Origin: a virus
Lineage: Duplodnaviria > Caudoviricetes
Length of the DNA stretch: 64,000 bases
IMG/VR virus record: IMGVR_UViG_2885633469_000002
Span: 64,001 to 128,000 of that record
Strand: one strand, 5' to 3'
Below are positions 11,352 through 21,610 of this stretch, piece after piece. The notes under the pieces are model-generated. The model did not search any database. It worked only from the letters and a program-made list of their open reading frames with translations, and was not told the DNA's origin. Each line of letters opens with the position of its first letter. Position 1 is the stretch's first letter. A program made the translations under genes and the position numbers.

Positions 11352-11525
11352 ACTTATGCCTCCTACAGCTTAAAAATTAGATAACTAAAAAGCTATCTTT
11401 GAAGAAGGAATTAAATCCGTTCTATCCCTTCTCCTTAGTATCTAAATCGCTGTAGGAGTGCGATAGAGTGTTTAATTCACTCTTCAAAAATAGCTTTGAA
11501 AATTCATTATTAAATTATGTAAATT

Positions 11526-11600
11526 TGGCATGGACTGAGGGATTCGAACCCTCACTAACAGTTTTGGAGACTGTCGTGCTACACATTACACTAAACCCAT
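11526..11600 (-). tRNA. trnW: tRNA-Trp (anticodon CCA)
   Basis: Cloverleaf with ACAGT-CTCCAAA-ACTGT anticodon arm, GGTTCGAATCC T-arm, G discriminator and encoded CCA. Confidence 0.93.
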
Positions 11601-11754
11601 ATACTTTTTCTATAAATACTAAAAATTCACCCATCATGTAAGATAAAAGATGAATTTTATGATATCTACAAATTATTTTAAATTTAATAAAGAGGCAGAT
11701 ATAACTATCTACCCCTAATTAGTTTAGTCTATGCTTGTACAAGTCATAGCTATA

Positions 11755-12048
11755 TTACATTTTTAACTTTTTAAAATATTCTTTTTCAATTTTATCTCTT
11801 TTTATCCATTGCTTAATGGAATCTCCATAATTAAACCATTCGTTTTTTACTCTTTCTAAACTAAAATAATTATGCAGACTGCATTCATAATCCATATTGC
11901 AATTATCTATTTTATGTATTAATTCCAAATTACAGTTAGATGTTTCTAGTTGTTTAATTCTTCTTTTTAAATTTCTAGTAAATCCAATTTTAACTAGATC
12001 AGCAGATGTATCTAATATAAAATAGACTGTACCATTTTTATTATTCAT
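11755..12048 (-). CDS. GIY-YIG (T5orf172/MUG113-like) domain protein
   Basis: VYFI...VKIGFT..L.RRIKQL...E..LH..F...R..NEWF pattern. Confidence 0.75.
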   Translation of the reverse strand: MNNKNGTVYFILDTSADLVKIGFTRNLKRRIKQLETSNCNLELIHKIDNCNMDYECSLHNYFSLERVKNEWFNYGDSIKQWIKRDKIEKEYFKKLKM

Positions 12049-12065
12049 ATAATTTCCCTTTTCTT

Positions 12066-12278
12066 TTATTCTTCTGGAATCTCTTCAACTTTATCAGTTA
12101 TTGATATTTTTACAAACTTACCATTAAATTTATTTATTAAGTATTTTAAATCTTTTTCCCCTTCGTCTTCTAATTCAGCCATCAACATTCCTTCTTGTAG
12201 ACTATCTACATTTAATGTACCTTCAATATCTAATTTATGAGTTGTTATTATTTTTTCATTTATTGACTGCTTCGCCAT
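12066..12278 (-). CDS. YonK-family small protein
   Basis: 70 aa, LINKFNGKFVKISI C-terminal motif, SPbeta-like position. Confidence 0.6.
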   Translation of the reverse strand: MAKQSINEKIITTHKLDIEGTLNVDSLQEGMLMAELEDEGEKDLKYLINKFNGKFVKISITDKVEEIPEE

Positions 12279-12315
12279 TATAAAATCTCTCCCTTAAAAA
12301 TATTATTTTATACTA

Positions 12316-13539
12316 TTAAAAATCTGCAAATAACTTACTTGCACTAGATCTTACATCTTCATCAAGCACTACTATCCCTACTAATGGATTCCCTTTTGCA
12401 TATTTTATAAATTGAATCAATCCGTTATCATGCACATATTTTGCCTCAGCTTGTTTCCAATCTCCTACAAAAGCCACACATGAGTTACTTCCTATTCTTG
12501 AACCTATTAATTTAAATATTTTCTTATTTAAATCTTCACATTCATCAACTAAAACAAATGTATCTTTTAAACTCATACCCTTCATATAATATGGTATTTC
12601 CATTTCCAATTGTCCTTTTATTACCATATCATTTAATTGAAATTCTCCACCATCTAAATTTTGTTCTATTGGTTTGTAAAATTCTCTTATTTTATCTTCC
12701 TTTGTACCTTTTAGATAACCAATTTCCTCACCTGATCCTAAAGGATTTCTTACTAACATTATCTTAGAATAATTTCCTTTATCTAAAACATGATATACTG
12801 CTGATCTAATACTGAGAACAGTTTTCCCACTCCCAAAATTACCTGCTATTATTTTAATAGGAATATTCTTATCCATTAACAAATCTAAAGCACATCGTTG
12901 TTTACTATTCCATCCCTTGATAACTTTTGATGGAGGTAGTTTTATTAAATTCAGCTTCCCATTATTAAATCTATATTCATAAACTTTATCTAAGTCTGTA
13001 TTTTTCAAAATTAAATATTCATTTTCCAATAAATTCAATGAATTGTTTTTCTTTTCATATTGTAAAAATAATTTATTAACATCATCTGTATTTCCTATGA
13101 ATTCTTTAAAGCCTTTATATTCATCTTCTTGTTGAATTAGTCTCATTGAGTCTAAGTGAAACATTTCCTTGGCTATTTTATAAGCTAAAATATCATTACT
13201 TATAAACTTAACTTCATTTCTCTGACTTTCTTCATAAGCAGTTGCAATAATTAAATTATCATTACTCTGCTCTAAATGCTTTTCATCACAAATCTTTCTA
13301 TGTTTGTCTTCACATAATATTATTTTATACTTATCTTCGTTGTGAATTATATGTCTTAATGCGATTCTTCCTCTAAATTTAACTTCATTGTCTTTTCTGG
13401 AGTCTGTTTTTATTGATTCTAATTCTTCAATAACTATACTAGATAAATACAATTCACCATATTCCTCTAATAATATATCTAAGTTATTAGTATGTAATAA
13501 AATGTTTGTATCTATGAACACTTTGATATTTTTATCCAT
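12316..13539 (-). CDS. phoH: PIN domain-PhoH ATPase
   Basis: PIN motifs FIDTNILL, EELE, NDNLII, SND; GNFGSGKT, LVDECED and GDWKQ; start ATG 13539. Confidence 0.85.
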   Translation of the reverse strand: MDKNIKVFIDTNILLHTNNLDILLEEYGELYLSSIVIEELESIKTDSRKDNEVKFRGRIALRHIIHNEDKYKIILCEDKHRKICDEKHLEQSNDNLIIATAYEESQRNEVKFISNDILAYKIAKEMFHLDSMRLIQQEDEYKGFKEFIGNTDDVNKLFLQYEKKNNSLNLLENEYLILKNTDLDKVYEYRFNNGKLNLIKLPPSKVIKGWNSKQRCALDLLMDKNIPIKIIAGNFGSGKTVLSIRSAVYHVLDKGNYSKIMLVRNPLGSGEEIGYLKGTKEDKIREFYKPIEQNLDGGEFQLNDMVIKGQLEMEIPYYMKGMSLKDTFVLVDECEDLNKKIFKLIGSRIGSNSCVAFVGDWKQAEAKYVHDNGLIQFIKYAKGNPLVGIVVLDEDVRSSASKLFADF

Positions 13540-13643
13540 TATAATACTCCCTTTCTTACAGAGGTGAGAGAATCTGAGTTCTCTCACATATAAGTTTATT
13601 TATGTATAATTATACATTTGTTAAAAATTATTTTATATTTATT

Positions 13644-13928
13644 TTATTTATGTGCTTCTTTTACTTTTTCTTTTAATTTTTTTCCTACTTTGAATGCAGG
13701 TACTACTGATGCAGGTATAGTTATTTCTTCTCCTGTAGACGGATTCCTGCCTTGTCTCTCAGCCCTCTGTCTAGTTTCAAAAGTACCAAATCCTATTAAC
13801 TGTACCTTTTCTCCGCATTCTAGTGCTTCCTCAACACTTTCTATAAATGCCTTTAAAGCTAACTCTGCATCCTTCTGTGTTAATCCTGATTTCTCACTCA
13901 TTTTTATTAATAAACCTTTTTTATTCAT
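13644..13928 (-). CDS. hup: HU family DNA-binding protein
   Basis: GEKVQLIGFGTFE.R.R.ERQGRNPSTGEEI..PA..VPAFK.GK signature. Confidence 0.95.
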   Translation of the reverse strand: MNKKGLLIKMSEKSGLTQKDAELALKAFIESVEEALECGEKVQLIGFGTFETRQRAERQGRNPSTGEEITIPASVVPAFKVGKKLKEKVKEAHK

Positions 13929-14084
13929 AATTGTACTCTCCTTTTTATAATTATATTTTTTAAATTATTAAGTTATTTTACATAAAATAACGAATTTATT
14001 ACATTTATTTATTGTTAAAATATATTCCATTTTAATCCATCGCAACTTTATTTCCTTCTAATATTTTCCATTAGATATTACTTT

Positions 14085-14750
14085 TTAATTTTTAAATACA
14101 ATATTAAATTCAATATCCTTATTAAATCTAATAGGAATATATCTACCCTTACAAATTAAATTATAATGATAAAGCCCAATTAAATCTGTATCTTGTACAA
14201 AGTCAAGTTCTAATTTGTTTATATAATTTATAAAATTAATATTCTTATCTTTACAGGAATATATATTATCTTCTTTTTTATTGTATGAATCAATTATTTC
14301 TTTAAGTGTTTCGATGTCTTTTAATTCTATATGGTCTATTTTCTTTATTTCAGAATAAAATAATTTTTTAATCTTATCTATTTGAATATTTCTAATAGAT
14401 TCATACAAATCTTTGTACTCCCTTATAATATTCTCATAAGTATATATTAATTTTTTATAATTTTTTCTATTTCCATTAAACAAAGAGTTCATATTATTTT
14501 TCAAGTTATACTTAATTCTATATAATACATTTCTTCTTTTTATATAGAAATTTAAAGCATTTTCAATTGCACTATTATAATTATCTGTGTAAATACGCAT
14601 TAATCTTTGGTATATCTCATACAAGTGAATAAACTCTTCTGGATAATATGTTTCCATATCAAAGGTTAATAGTTCATATTCGACTTTTTTAATATGTCTC
14701 TTTATCAAATCTAAATCACTTTTGATTTCTCTTTCTAAAAAACAGTTCAT
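14085..14750 (-). CDS. Hypothetical protein
   Basis: 221 aa with AAGGAG RBS. Confidence 0.55.
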   Translation of the reverse strand: MNCFLEREIKSDLDLIKRHIKKVEYELLTFDMETYYPEEFIHLYEIYQRLMRIYTDNYNSAIENALNFYIKRRNVLYRIKYNLKNNMNSLFNGNRKNYKKLIYTYENIIREYKDLYESIRNIQIDKIKKLFYSEIKKIDHIELKDIETLKEIIDSYNKKEDNIYSCKDKNINFINYINKLELDFVQDTDLIGLYHYNLICKGRYIPIRFNKDIEFNIVFKN

Positions 14751-15082
14751 ATAAAATTCTCCTTTAGTGATTGGTCACTACCCTTTATTTTTATATAAAT
14801 CCTTGTAGATAACATACTTTATTTATTTTATTTTTAAGTCACTCATTAGTAAATAAGCCAACTTATTTAGTTTATTATTTGTTTGGAATTGAAATATTAA
14901 TTCTTTATTCTCTTTTTTTTAATTTCCTCTTAAAAATTCCTCACCTGATACAAGTTTCATTTTCAACACTCCTTTTTAATACCTTCCCTTTTAAAATAGG
15001 AGGGAGGGATTGGGTAAATACAAATCTACCCATATCAATGAAAAAAATTATCTATTTAATTAAGTTACTTCCTATTGTCAAA

Positions 15083-15739
15083 TTATTTTATATTATTTAA
15101 TTTATTTATATTTTTATTTATAACAACATCTTCACTATTACACAAAGCTACTTTAAATGGACTGGTAATTACATTGTAGTTCATAGGTAATTTCATTTCT
15201 ATTAATTCACATAATGAAATTGCATCATTTTGATTCATTAATAATTTACCATCTTTATTTCTTGGTATTTCAAATATAATAATCTTATCTTTCTTTACTT
15301 TTTCTTTTTCATGAAAAAATTTATTATATTTCTCATTAGATTCTTTTTCTTGTTGTTTTCTTTTTTCACATTCTTTTTTATATTCCTTTTCATTTTCTTC
15401 AAATTTTATATTCCATTCTTCTAATAACTCATTATATTTATTTTTTATATCTACATCGTAATCTTCTATTGTTTCTGCAACATATGTAATATTGTAAATT
15501 ATATTTCCATTAGTATCTCTTGTTTTCTTTTGAATTTTTGTATACTTTTCTAATTCTTCTAAATAAATTTCTTCATTTACTTCAAATTCAAAATCCATTT
15601 CTTTTTCTAAAACTTTAACTCTTTCTAATGTTTCAGTATTTTCCACTAAGCTTGGTTTACTGTATTCGGATTCATATAAGCTCCAATATTTTCTAACCTT
15701 TCTTCCTAAGAATACACTTTTTACATTTTTCTTTTCCAT
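15083..15739 (-). CDS. Hypothetical protein with a charged central coiled coil
   Basis: 218 aa with RBS. Confidence 0.55.
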   Translation of the reverse strand: MEKKNVKSVFLGRKVRKYWSLYESEYSKPSLVENTETLERVKVLEKEMDFEFEVNEEIYLEELEKYTKIQKKTRDTNGNIIYNITYVAETIEDYDVDIKNKYNELLEEWNIKFEENEKEYKKECEKRKQQEKESNEKYNKFFHEKEKVKKDKIIIFEIPRNKDGKLLMNQNDAISLCELIEMKLPMNYNVITSPFKVALCNSEDVVINKNINKLNNIK

Positions 15740-15829
15740 AATTTAAACACTCTCTTTCTGGCTATGCCAATATATTTTTATTTTAAGAACTATGTTCTAT
15801 ATCAATATACCTATTGTTAAATTATTTTA

Positions 15830-16062
15830 TACTAGCATCAGACCGTATTCTCGGCTAGACCATGCTAATTGCGTTGACTTGTACTTCGTCCACTAATACT
15901 GCACTCGGTTCGCATTGTTAAGAGGCGTAGTGGGTCAATTTTTTAAGTCGTCTATTAACGCAAGACCTCTCGTATTTTATATTTTTAAAATTGTCTTGAT
16001 TAATTGGAGCTTTACTCCGTTGTTTATATTTTAGCACCAAGGGAGTCATTCATACTCCCTCA
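15830..16062 (-). ncRNA. Candidate structured non-coding RNA
   Basis: GC-enriched intergenic tract with nested stems: GGGAGT/ACTCCC, CAAGAC/GTCTTG, TTGCG/CGCAA, TTGAC/GTCAA, CCACTA/TAGTGG, TAGCAT/ATGCTA. Confidence 0.55.
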
Positions 16063-16239
16063 TATTTGTCTTATATTACTATCTCAATCATCTGATTAAA
16101 ATTTATTTGTCAAATTGTTTTATTTATAAATTCTTGATTTTATTAAAATAGTATTATTTACTACTACATTATAACAAACTGCACATTTTATTTAAAATCA
16201 TGCTATAACCATTGATATAGCTATATTGTAACTATTTTT

Positions 16240-17082
16240 CTATTTTCTTAACACGCCATTTTTTCGTTCATTTCTTAGTCTTCTCATACTTTCTCTTGCT
16301 ACATTTTTTGTTTGTTCTTTTTTATTTTTTTTAGCACAACTTAAACAATACTTAGCTTTATTATTTTTTATCCTTATCCATTTTTCACAATTTTCACCTT
16401 CACATCTTTTCCACTTCTCTCCTTTATATATTAAGTATTGATATACCACTCCATCAAAATCAATAATTATTAAATCATCTTCCCTTTTAACACTTTCTTT
16501 GTCTCCAAAATTTAATTTAATATTTGTTTTAGTATTTATATTACTTGTTGTTATGTATTCTTTTTTATATAATTCATTCATTATTCTTTTTTGTTTATCA
16601 CCTCTTAATCCCACCTTAGCTTCTCTACAAATTACTGAACATGATTTATTAACCCAATAATCATTATTTTCTCGCTGCATTTGCATTTTTGAAATTTTAG
16701 CATAAACCAACATTATAAATGCTATTTTTTCTAATACTAAATTATCTAATTGCCTAATTGTTTGTAATTCATTTTGACTAATTCTTATTTCATTTATATC
16801 ATTCATTTTTACTTCAAATTTATAAATTGATTTATCTCTATAAAATCTATTAACTATGCCTTTAACTGTTTTATTCCATTTAGTATAAATAAATTTATTG
16901 CCTAATGTTTTCTTTAAGTCTTCCATAATAAGTTTGTAAACTTCTTTTCTTTCTTTGTTTTGTAAGCAATAATCTTTTGTTAATAAATATATAATATCAG
17001 TAATCTTAATTTTTTCAGGTATACGATGATTTTGTTTATATTCTTTTAATATTTCTGTTTCATTTAATATCTCATCTAGCAT
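16240..17082 (-). CDS. Protein with C-terminal zinc finger, coupled to the phage RNA polymerase gene
   Basis: TAAATG junction with yonO; CEGENC...YCLSC. Confidence 0.7.
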   Translation of the reverse strand: MLDEILNETEILKEYKQNHRIPEKIKITDIIYLLTKDYCLQNKERKEVYKLIMEDLKKTLGNKFIYTKWNKTVKGIVNRFYRDKSIYKFEVKMNDINEIRISQNELQTIRQLDNLVLEKIAFIMLVYAKISKMQMQRENNDYWVNKSCSVICREAKVGLRGDKQKRIMNELYKKEYITTSNINTKTNIKLNFGDKESVKREDDLIIIDFDGVVYQYLIYKGEKWKRCEGENCEKWIRIKNNKAKYCLSCAKKNKKEQTKNVARESMRRLRNERKNGVLRK

Positions 17083-19920
17083 TTATATATCATCCTCCTC
17101 AACTTGCACATTTTCTAATTCATAATATTCACCTTGCCAATATGTATTAGTTTTCTTATTTGTTACAACTGGTATATTTATTGAATGATTATTTTTCTTT
17201 AATAATCTATCAATGATTACATCCCCACACATATCCCATACAAATTGCTTATTTTGATTAGAGCCATAGCAAATATCTAATAATATATCACAAACCATAT
17301 CCTCATTGTTACATACTCCAAATATTTTTCTTTGATACTTATCAATTAATACTTGTCTATTATCTTCTGTGTTTTCTTCGTTTTCATCTGAGTTTTTTTG
17401 GGACATTTTATATAGCTTGGCTTCTTTTTTATATTCATTATAAATTTCATTAATTATCTCTTTATCTTTTTTTGAATACTTAGCATTCAATTTTAAAAAA
17501 TCATAATCAAAATTATTATTTTCTTGTCTAATGTTTGTTTCAATATCTTTAAATTTATCTTCTAATATCCAGCAAAGTCTGTTCATTAAACTTTTTTCTA
17601 TAGATACTGGCATCATTAAATTATAATATTTAATAAATTCTTCTTGATCTTCACTTTTATTTTCTTTTTTTATTAATTCATCCAATGTTAAACCAAATTT
17701 TATTAAACAGTTTGTATTATTATTTTCTATATATTTTTTGTATTTTCTCTTTAATTTTGAGTAGTTATATATAAAAAAATATGGTTTTTTATTACTTAAT
17801 AATTTTTGATTAAATTTCTTCCACTCTATAGTTTTTTCATCATCTTTTTCTTTTATAATTACACCATTTTTATCTACCTTGTATTCATAGTTTATCTTCA
17901 ACTCTTTATAATTGTACCAATGTGAAGGTACTTTTTTAGGTATGATTCCTTTTATTGAGTCAATTATCTCCTGCTGATATCCTTGCATACAAGCTATTCT
18001 ATATGACATTTCTTCATATTCTGGAGTATCTGCCTTAAATTTAACTAAAACATCATACATACCAGTACACTTGTTAGTTACATCACCAACATTATTACCA
18101 AATCCATTTTTATTTGCTTTTTTTAATAATGTTTTATTTATCTTTTTCTTTTCTGCTGATTTTTGTTCGCATATGATAGGTAATGTTTCTCTTGTGTTTG
18201 TTATTAATATTTCATTATCTGTAGTAATATTAGCGTCCCCGTCAAAATCCTCTCCATTCATAGTTTCAGCAGTACAATCCCAAGCATTAATTATTAAACA
18301 AGTTTTCATAAATCTATACCATTTTCTTGTATCTTCATTTTCAATTAAAGGCATTACCTTTATATTGTTATGTAATGTCATAGGAGCTCTATATGCTACA
18401 ATCTTATTTACATCTCTATCCAACCACGTTCTTGAATAAAATTCATTAGCTTTTAGTATCCCTGTAATCTTCATACCATACATATACTGACATAACGCAT
18501 ACAAATCCCCACTTACTATTTCATATGACCCTTGTACTTCTATTACTCCTTTTTTAGAATCATTTATTTTTTTTCTAATCATTCTATATACTTTTTGCTG
18601 TATAAAAGGGTCTTTTTTCATTCTTTTATCTATCATTAATGCTTTTAGATAATCATAATCTTCTTTTAAAAAATCTTCTTTCGTTAGTTTACAACCTTTC
18701 AAAAATAAAATCATTTTTAAATAATCTTCTGATAAAGCACCTTTTATTGAATCTACTGTTGGTTGTACTAAATCTTTGATCTCATTATCAGTTAGTTTGT
18801 ATGATTCTAAAAATTGATAATTCATATTTCTTGTTTTTTCTAAATATTCAGGTAGTATTTTAGCTACACAAAATTCAAAATCATTTTCCTTGCAACATTC
18901 AAGATAATGATCTATAGAATCATAAGCTTTCCAAAGTTTTAACATATTTGTTGTTAATATTATATCTACTTTTCTTATGTCTATCATATTGCCCCAAGCA
19001 TCTTCTACCATGTAGTTATGTGCTACATCCTCCGCAAACTCTAGAAACGGAAAAGTAAACAACATACCTTTACAAAAGGCATTACGAATATTAAAACCAC
19101 TAGGAGTATAAGTTGCTTCTTTTTCTTTTTTATCATTATATTTATAGCAACCCATATCAATCGCCCATTGCTTACTCAATTCTTCACTTATCATTCCACA
19201 ACCATCAGTAAATTGCCTATTAATTTTATAATTTTCTCTCTTGTTTAAGTCAAATCCTCCTTTTTCATTGTCAGATAATAACAACACATCCCTTTCTATT
19301 TCATGTTCCCCATCTTTTATAACTAACACTCCCTTTGGTTGTGTTACTGGTGTAGAACCACTAAATGCTAATGCCTTATATGCTTCAAATTTTGCAGGTA
19401 CATATTTTATTTTTTCATTTCTTCCATTATTTAACCTTTTATCTAATTCCTTATGTATATCCTCATCACAAAATAAGACTGTATCCTTTTTAACACCACC
19501 ACTTGTACCTATTGTCCTAATTCTATTAGTTTTATTTAATTTAATTCCTTTTTTAGAATTTGCCCTATTCCAATCTGCTATAGATTCAAAAACAATAGAA
19601 TTTAATTCTTTAACCAAAATTTTATCTTCTAATTCTTTATATTTTTGTTTAATTTTTTCTATGTTGGTTTTGGTTTTCCCCTTCTTTTTTAATTTTTTAA
19701 TCTCTAGTTTTAACCTATCTATTTCTTTTTCATCAACTTCTTGTCCAGTCATTTTTCTTATCATTCTTAAAGCTATACTATCATTAATAGATACTATCTC
19801 TTTATTTTTTTTAGCTGTTTCTACATCTAATTCTAAGTCCCAATTAAAATCTTTAAATCTGCTTGAAGCGTTTTTGTAAATTTGTCTTTGATTTATAATT
19901 GCTTTAGACATATCTTGCAT
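17083..19920 (-). CDS. yonO: YonO-type single-chain two-barrel RNA polymerase
   Basis: 945 aa with DGCGMI, IRNAFCKG, YRAPM and catalytic NGEDFDGD (DxDGD); SPbeta-like context. Confidence 0.85.
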   Translation of the reverse strand: MQDMSKAIINQRQIYKNASSRFKDFNWDLELDVETAKKNKEIVSINDSIALRMIRKMTGQEVDEKEIDRLKLEIKKLKKKGKTKTNIEKIKQKYKELEDKILVKELNSIVFESIADWNRANSKKGIKLNKTNRIRTIGTSGGVKKDTVLFCDEDIHKELDKRLNNGRNEKIKYVPAKFEAYKALAFSGSTPVTQPKGVLVIKDGEHEIERDVLLLSDNEKGGFDLNKRENYKINRQFTDGCGMISEELSKQWAIDMGCYKYNDKKEKEATYTPSGFNIRNAFCKGMLFTFPFLEFAEDVAHNYMVEDAWGNMIDIRKVDIILTTNMLKLWKAYDSIDHYLECCKENDFEFCVAKILPEYLEKTRNMNYQFLESYKLTDNEIKDLVQPTVDSIKGALSEDYLKMILFLKGCKLTKEDFLKEDYDYLKALMIDKRMKKDPFIQQKVYRMIRKKINDSKKGVIEVQGSYEIVSGDLYALCQYMYGMKITGILKANEFYSRTWLDRDVNKIVAYRAPMTLHNNIKVMPLIENEDTRKWYRFMKTCLIINAWDCTAETMNGEDFDGDANITTDNEILITNTRETLPIICEQKSAEKKKINKTLLKKANKNGFGNNVGDVTNKCTGMYDVLVKFKADTPEYEEMSYRIACMQGYQQEIIDSIKGIIPKKVPSHWYNYKELKINYEYKVDKNGVIIKEKDDEKTIEWKKFNQKLLSNKKPYFFIYNYSKLKRKYKKYIENNNTNCLIKFGLTLDELIKKENKSEDQEEFIKYYNLMMPVSIEKSLMNRLCWILEDKFKDIETNIRQENNNFDYDFLKLNAKYSKKDKEIINEIYNEYKKEAKLYKMSQKNSDENEENTEDNRQVLIDKYQRKIFGVCNNEDMVCDILLDICYGSNQNKQFVWDMCGDVIIDRLLKKNNHSINIPVVTNKKTNTYWQGEYYELENVQVEEDDI

Positions 19921-19951
19921 AATTCCCTCCTAAATTATCTTATTTATATAT

Positions 19952-20905
19952 TTAAACAAAAGGTGCAAAAAATATTTCATTATAAATTATTTGAAATAAT
20001 GCTTTATCTTTAAACATTAAAATTCCCCATACAATATCATATAAATGTATTTTTACTCGTCTTAAAGTTTTATCATCGTGAGTATTAAATTTTATATGTA
20101 TATAATTATTTTTAATAACATAGTTCTTAATTATTACTGGTACTTGCACAGATGGATTATGATTTAGACTTTTCATGAACCATAATATGTTTTTAGTTAC
20201 TTTTATTAATTCATTATAATAATCTATATTATCAAACATTAATTTTAAAAATTTATCTGAATTAAAATTAATACAAATAAAATCAACTTCTGATTTCCAA
20301 TTTAAAAAGTCACTAAATTCCTTATTACTTTTTGCTATATCATTGGCAATCAACTCTGTAAATAAAACTATTTCTTCATTTTGTGTTTTTAATTCAAAAC
20401 CTGTTAAATCTTCTGTTTGTATATCAATAGATTTAAAATACTCCTTATTTAATTTTTCGTTATCTTTATATTCAATATAATTTTTATATAACTCTTTTAG
20501 TTCTTTCAAAGTTTTTGTTTTTAAATTTTCAATATCATATTCTTCTTCATTGTCCATATCATCCATTGCACATTTAACATCATGTAAATATTGAAGTTTT
20601 CTAAATAAATCATTCCAACTACCTTCTGGAAACGTTGCTCCTTCTCCTCCGTTTGTTAAATTACATTTACATTGATTAATATTTCTATATTTTTCTATTA
20701 ATTCTATTTCATAATTAAAGGCTTCTTTTTCTGTTAAATTTTCTTTTACTTTTCTTACACTACATTCGTACTTATTATAATAATTTTTAAAATATTGATT
20801 TCTTTTAGTCGTGTTTTTATATCTTTTATTTTTACCTTTTCCTACATAGAATACTTCTTTACTATCCATATTGTACCACTCATAAACATAAAAATTATTA
20901 TCCAT
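19952..20905 (-). CDS. Free-standing GIY-YIG endonuclease-like protein
   Basis: FYVYEW...FYVGKGK..R...EA..YE..LI...NLTNGGEG. Confidence 0.75.
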   Translation of the reverse strand: MDNNFYVYEWYNMDSKEVFYVGKGKNKRYKNTTKRNQYFKNYYNKYECSVRKVKENLTEKEAFNYEIELIEKYRNINQCKCNLTNGGEGATFPEGSWNDLFRKLQYLHDVKCAMDDMDNEEEYDIENLKTKTLKELKELYKNYIEYKDNEKLNKEYFKSIDIQTEDLTGFELKTQNEEIVLFTELIANDIAKSNKEFSDFLNWKSEVDFICINFNSDKFLKLMFDNIDYYNELIKVTKNILWFMKSLNHNPSVQVPVIIKNYVIKNNYIHIKFNTHDDKTLRRVKIHLYDIVWGILMFKDKALFQIIYNEIFFAPFV

Positions 20906-21369
20906 TCAGCCCCTCCTTAATTATTAAATTATTTTATCTTTGTTTTTAATCACTAGAAAAAGGTCTATTTCTATCACAAGATATTGAAATTTCATTTTCT
21001 TCAACTTTAATTTTTATATTACTCCAACCTTTGCCTTCTCTAAATATCATCATTTTGTCTAAATCATTCCTATTTACTCTTTCTAAAAAATCTTTTAAAG
21101 TCATATTACATCACTTCCTTCCTCAACGGTACTTTGGTTAAAAAAATGCTTTAAAATGAAATTAAACCATAAAATGAACAACTATAAATAAAAACACTAT
21201 ATCTTCATTTAAACCCATTTTTAGTAACCAATTCAAGGCGTTTGTAGAGGTTTTAATATTATATATTTTTGTGATTCTGGGATAGTTTTTGTTTTAAAAA
21301 ATTATATCCGCATTAGTTTAAATAAAATACTTGATTTATTATATTTATTAAATTGTTTTATATTGTAAA

Positions 21370-21555
21370 TTATTTATAAAAAACTTTTAATTCTTCTGCA
21401 TTAATGCAATCAATCATAACAACTTCTTTTTCATATAGTTTTAATTTTATTTCTTCTTTTACTTCACTCAAATTATCATAATGATTGTCAAATTCTTGGA
21501 AACATAATATTACCATTCCCTTATTAATTATATTTAATAAATCTTTTATTTTCAT
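21370..21555 (-). CDS. Hypothetical protein
   Basis: 61 aa, co-oriented with neighbours. Confidence 0.45.
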   Translation of the reverse strand: MKIKDLLNIINKGMVILCFQEFDNHYDNLSEVKEEIKLKLYEKEVVMIDCINAEELKVFYK

Positions 21556-21610
21556 TCCTATATGCCTTTCATAATAGGTTTTAAATCGTACAATATATTT
21601 GTATTATAAA

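Noticed and set aside
15787-15797. GAACTATGTTC as a second SOS box
   Set aside because: Spacer is 3 nt instead of 4
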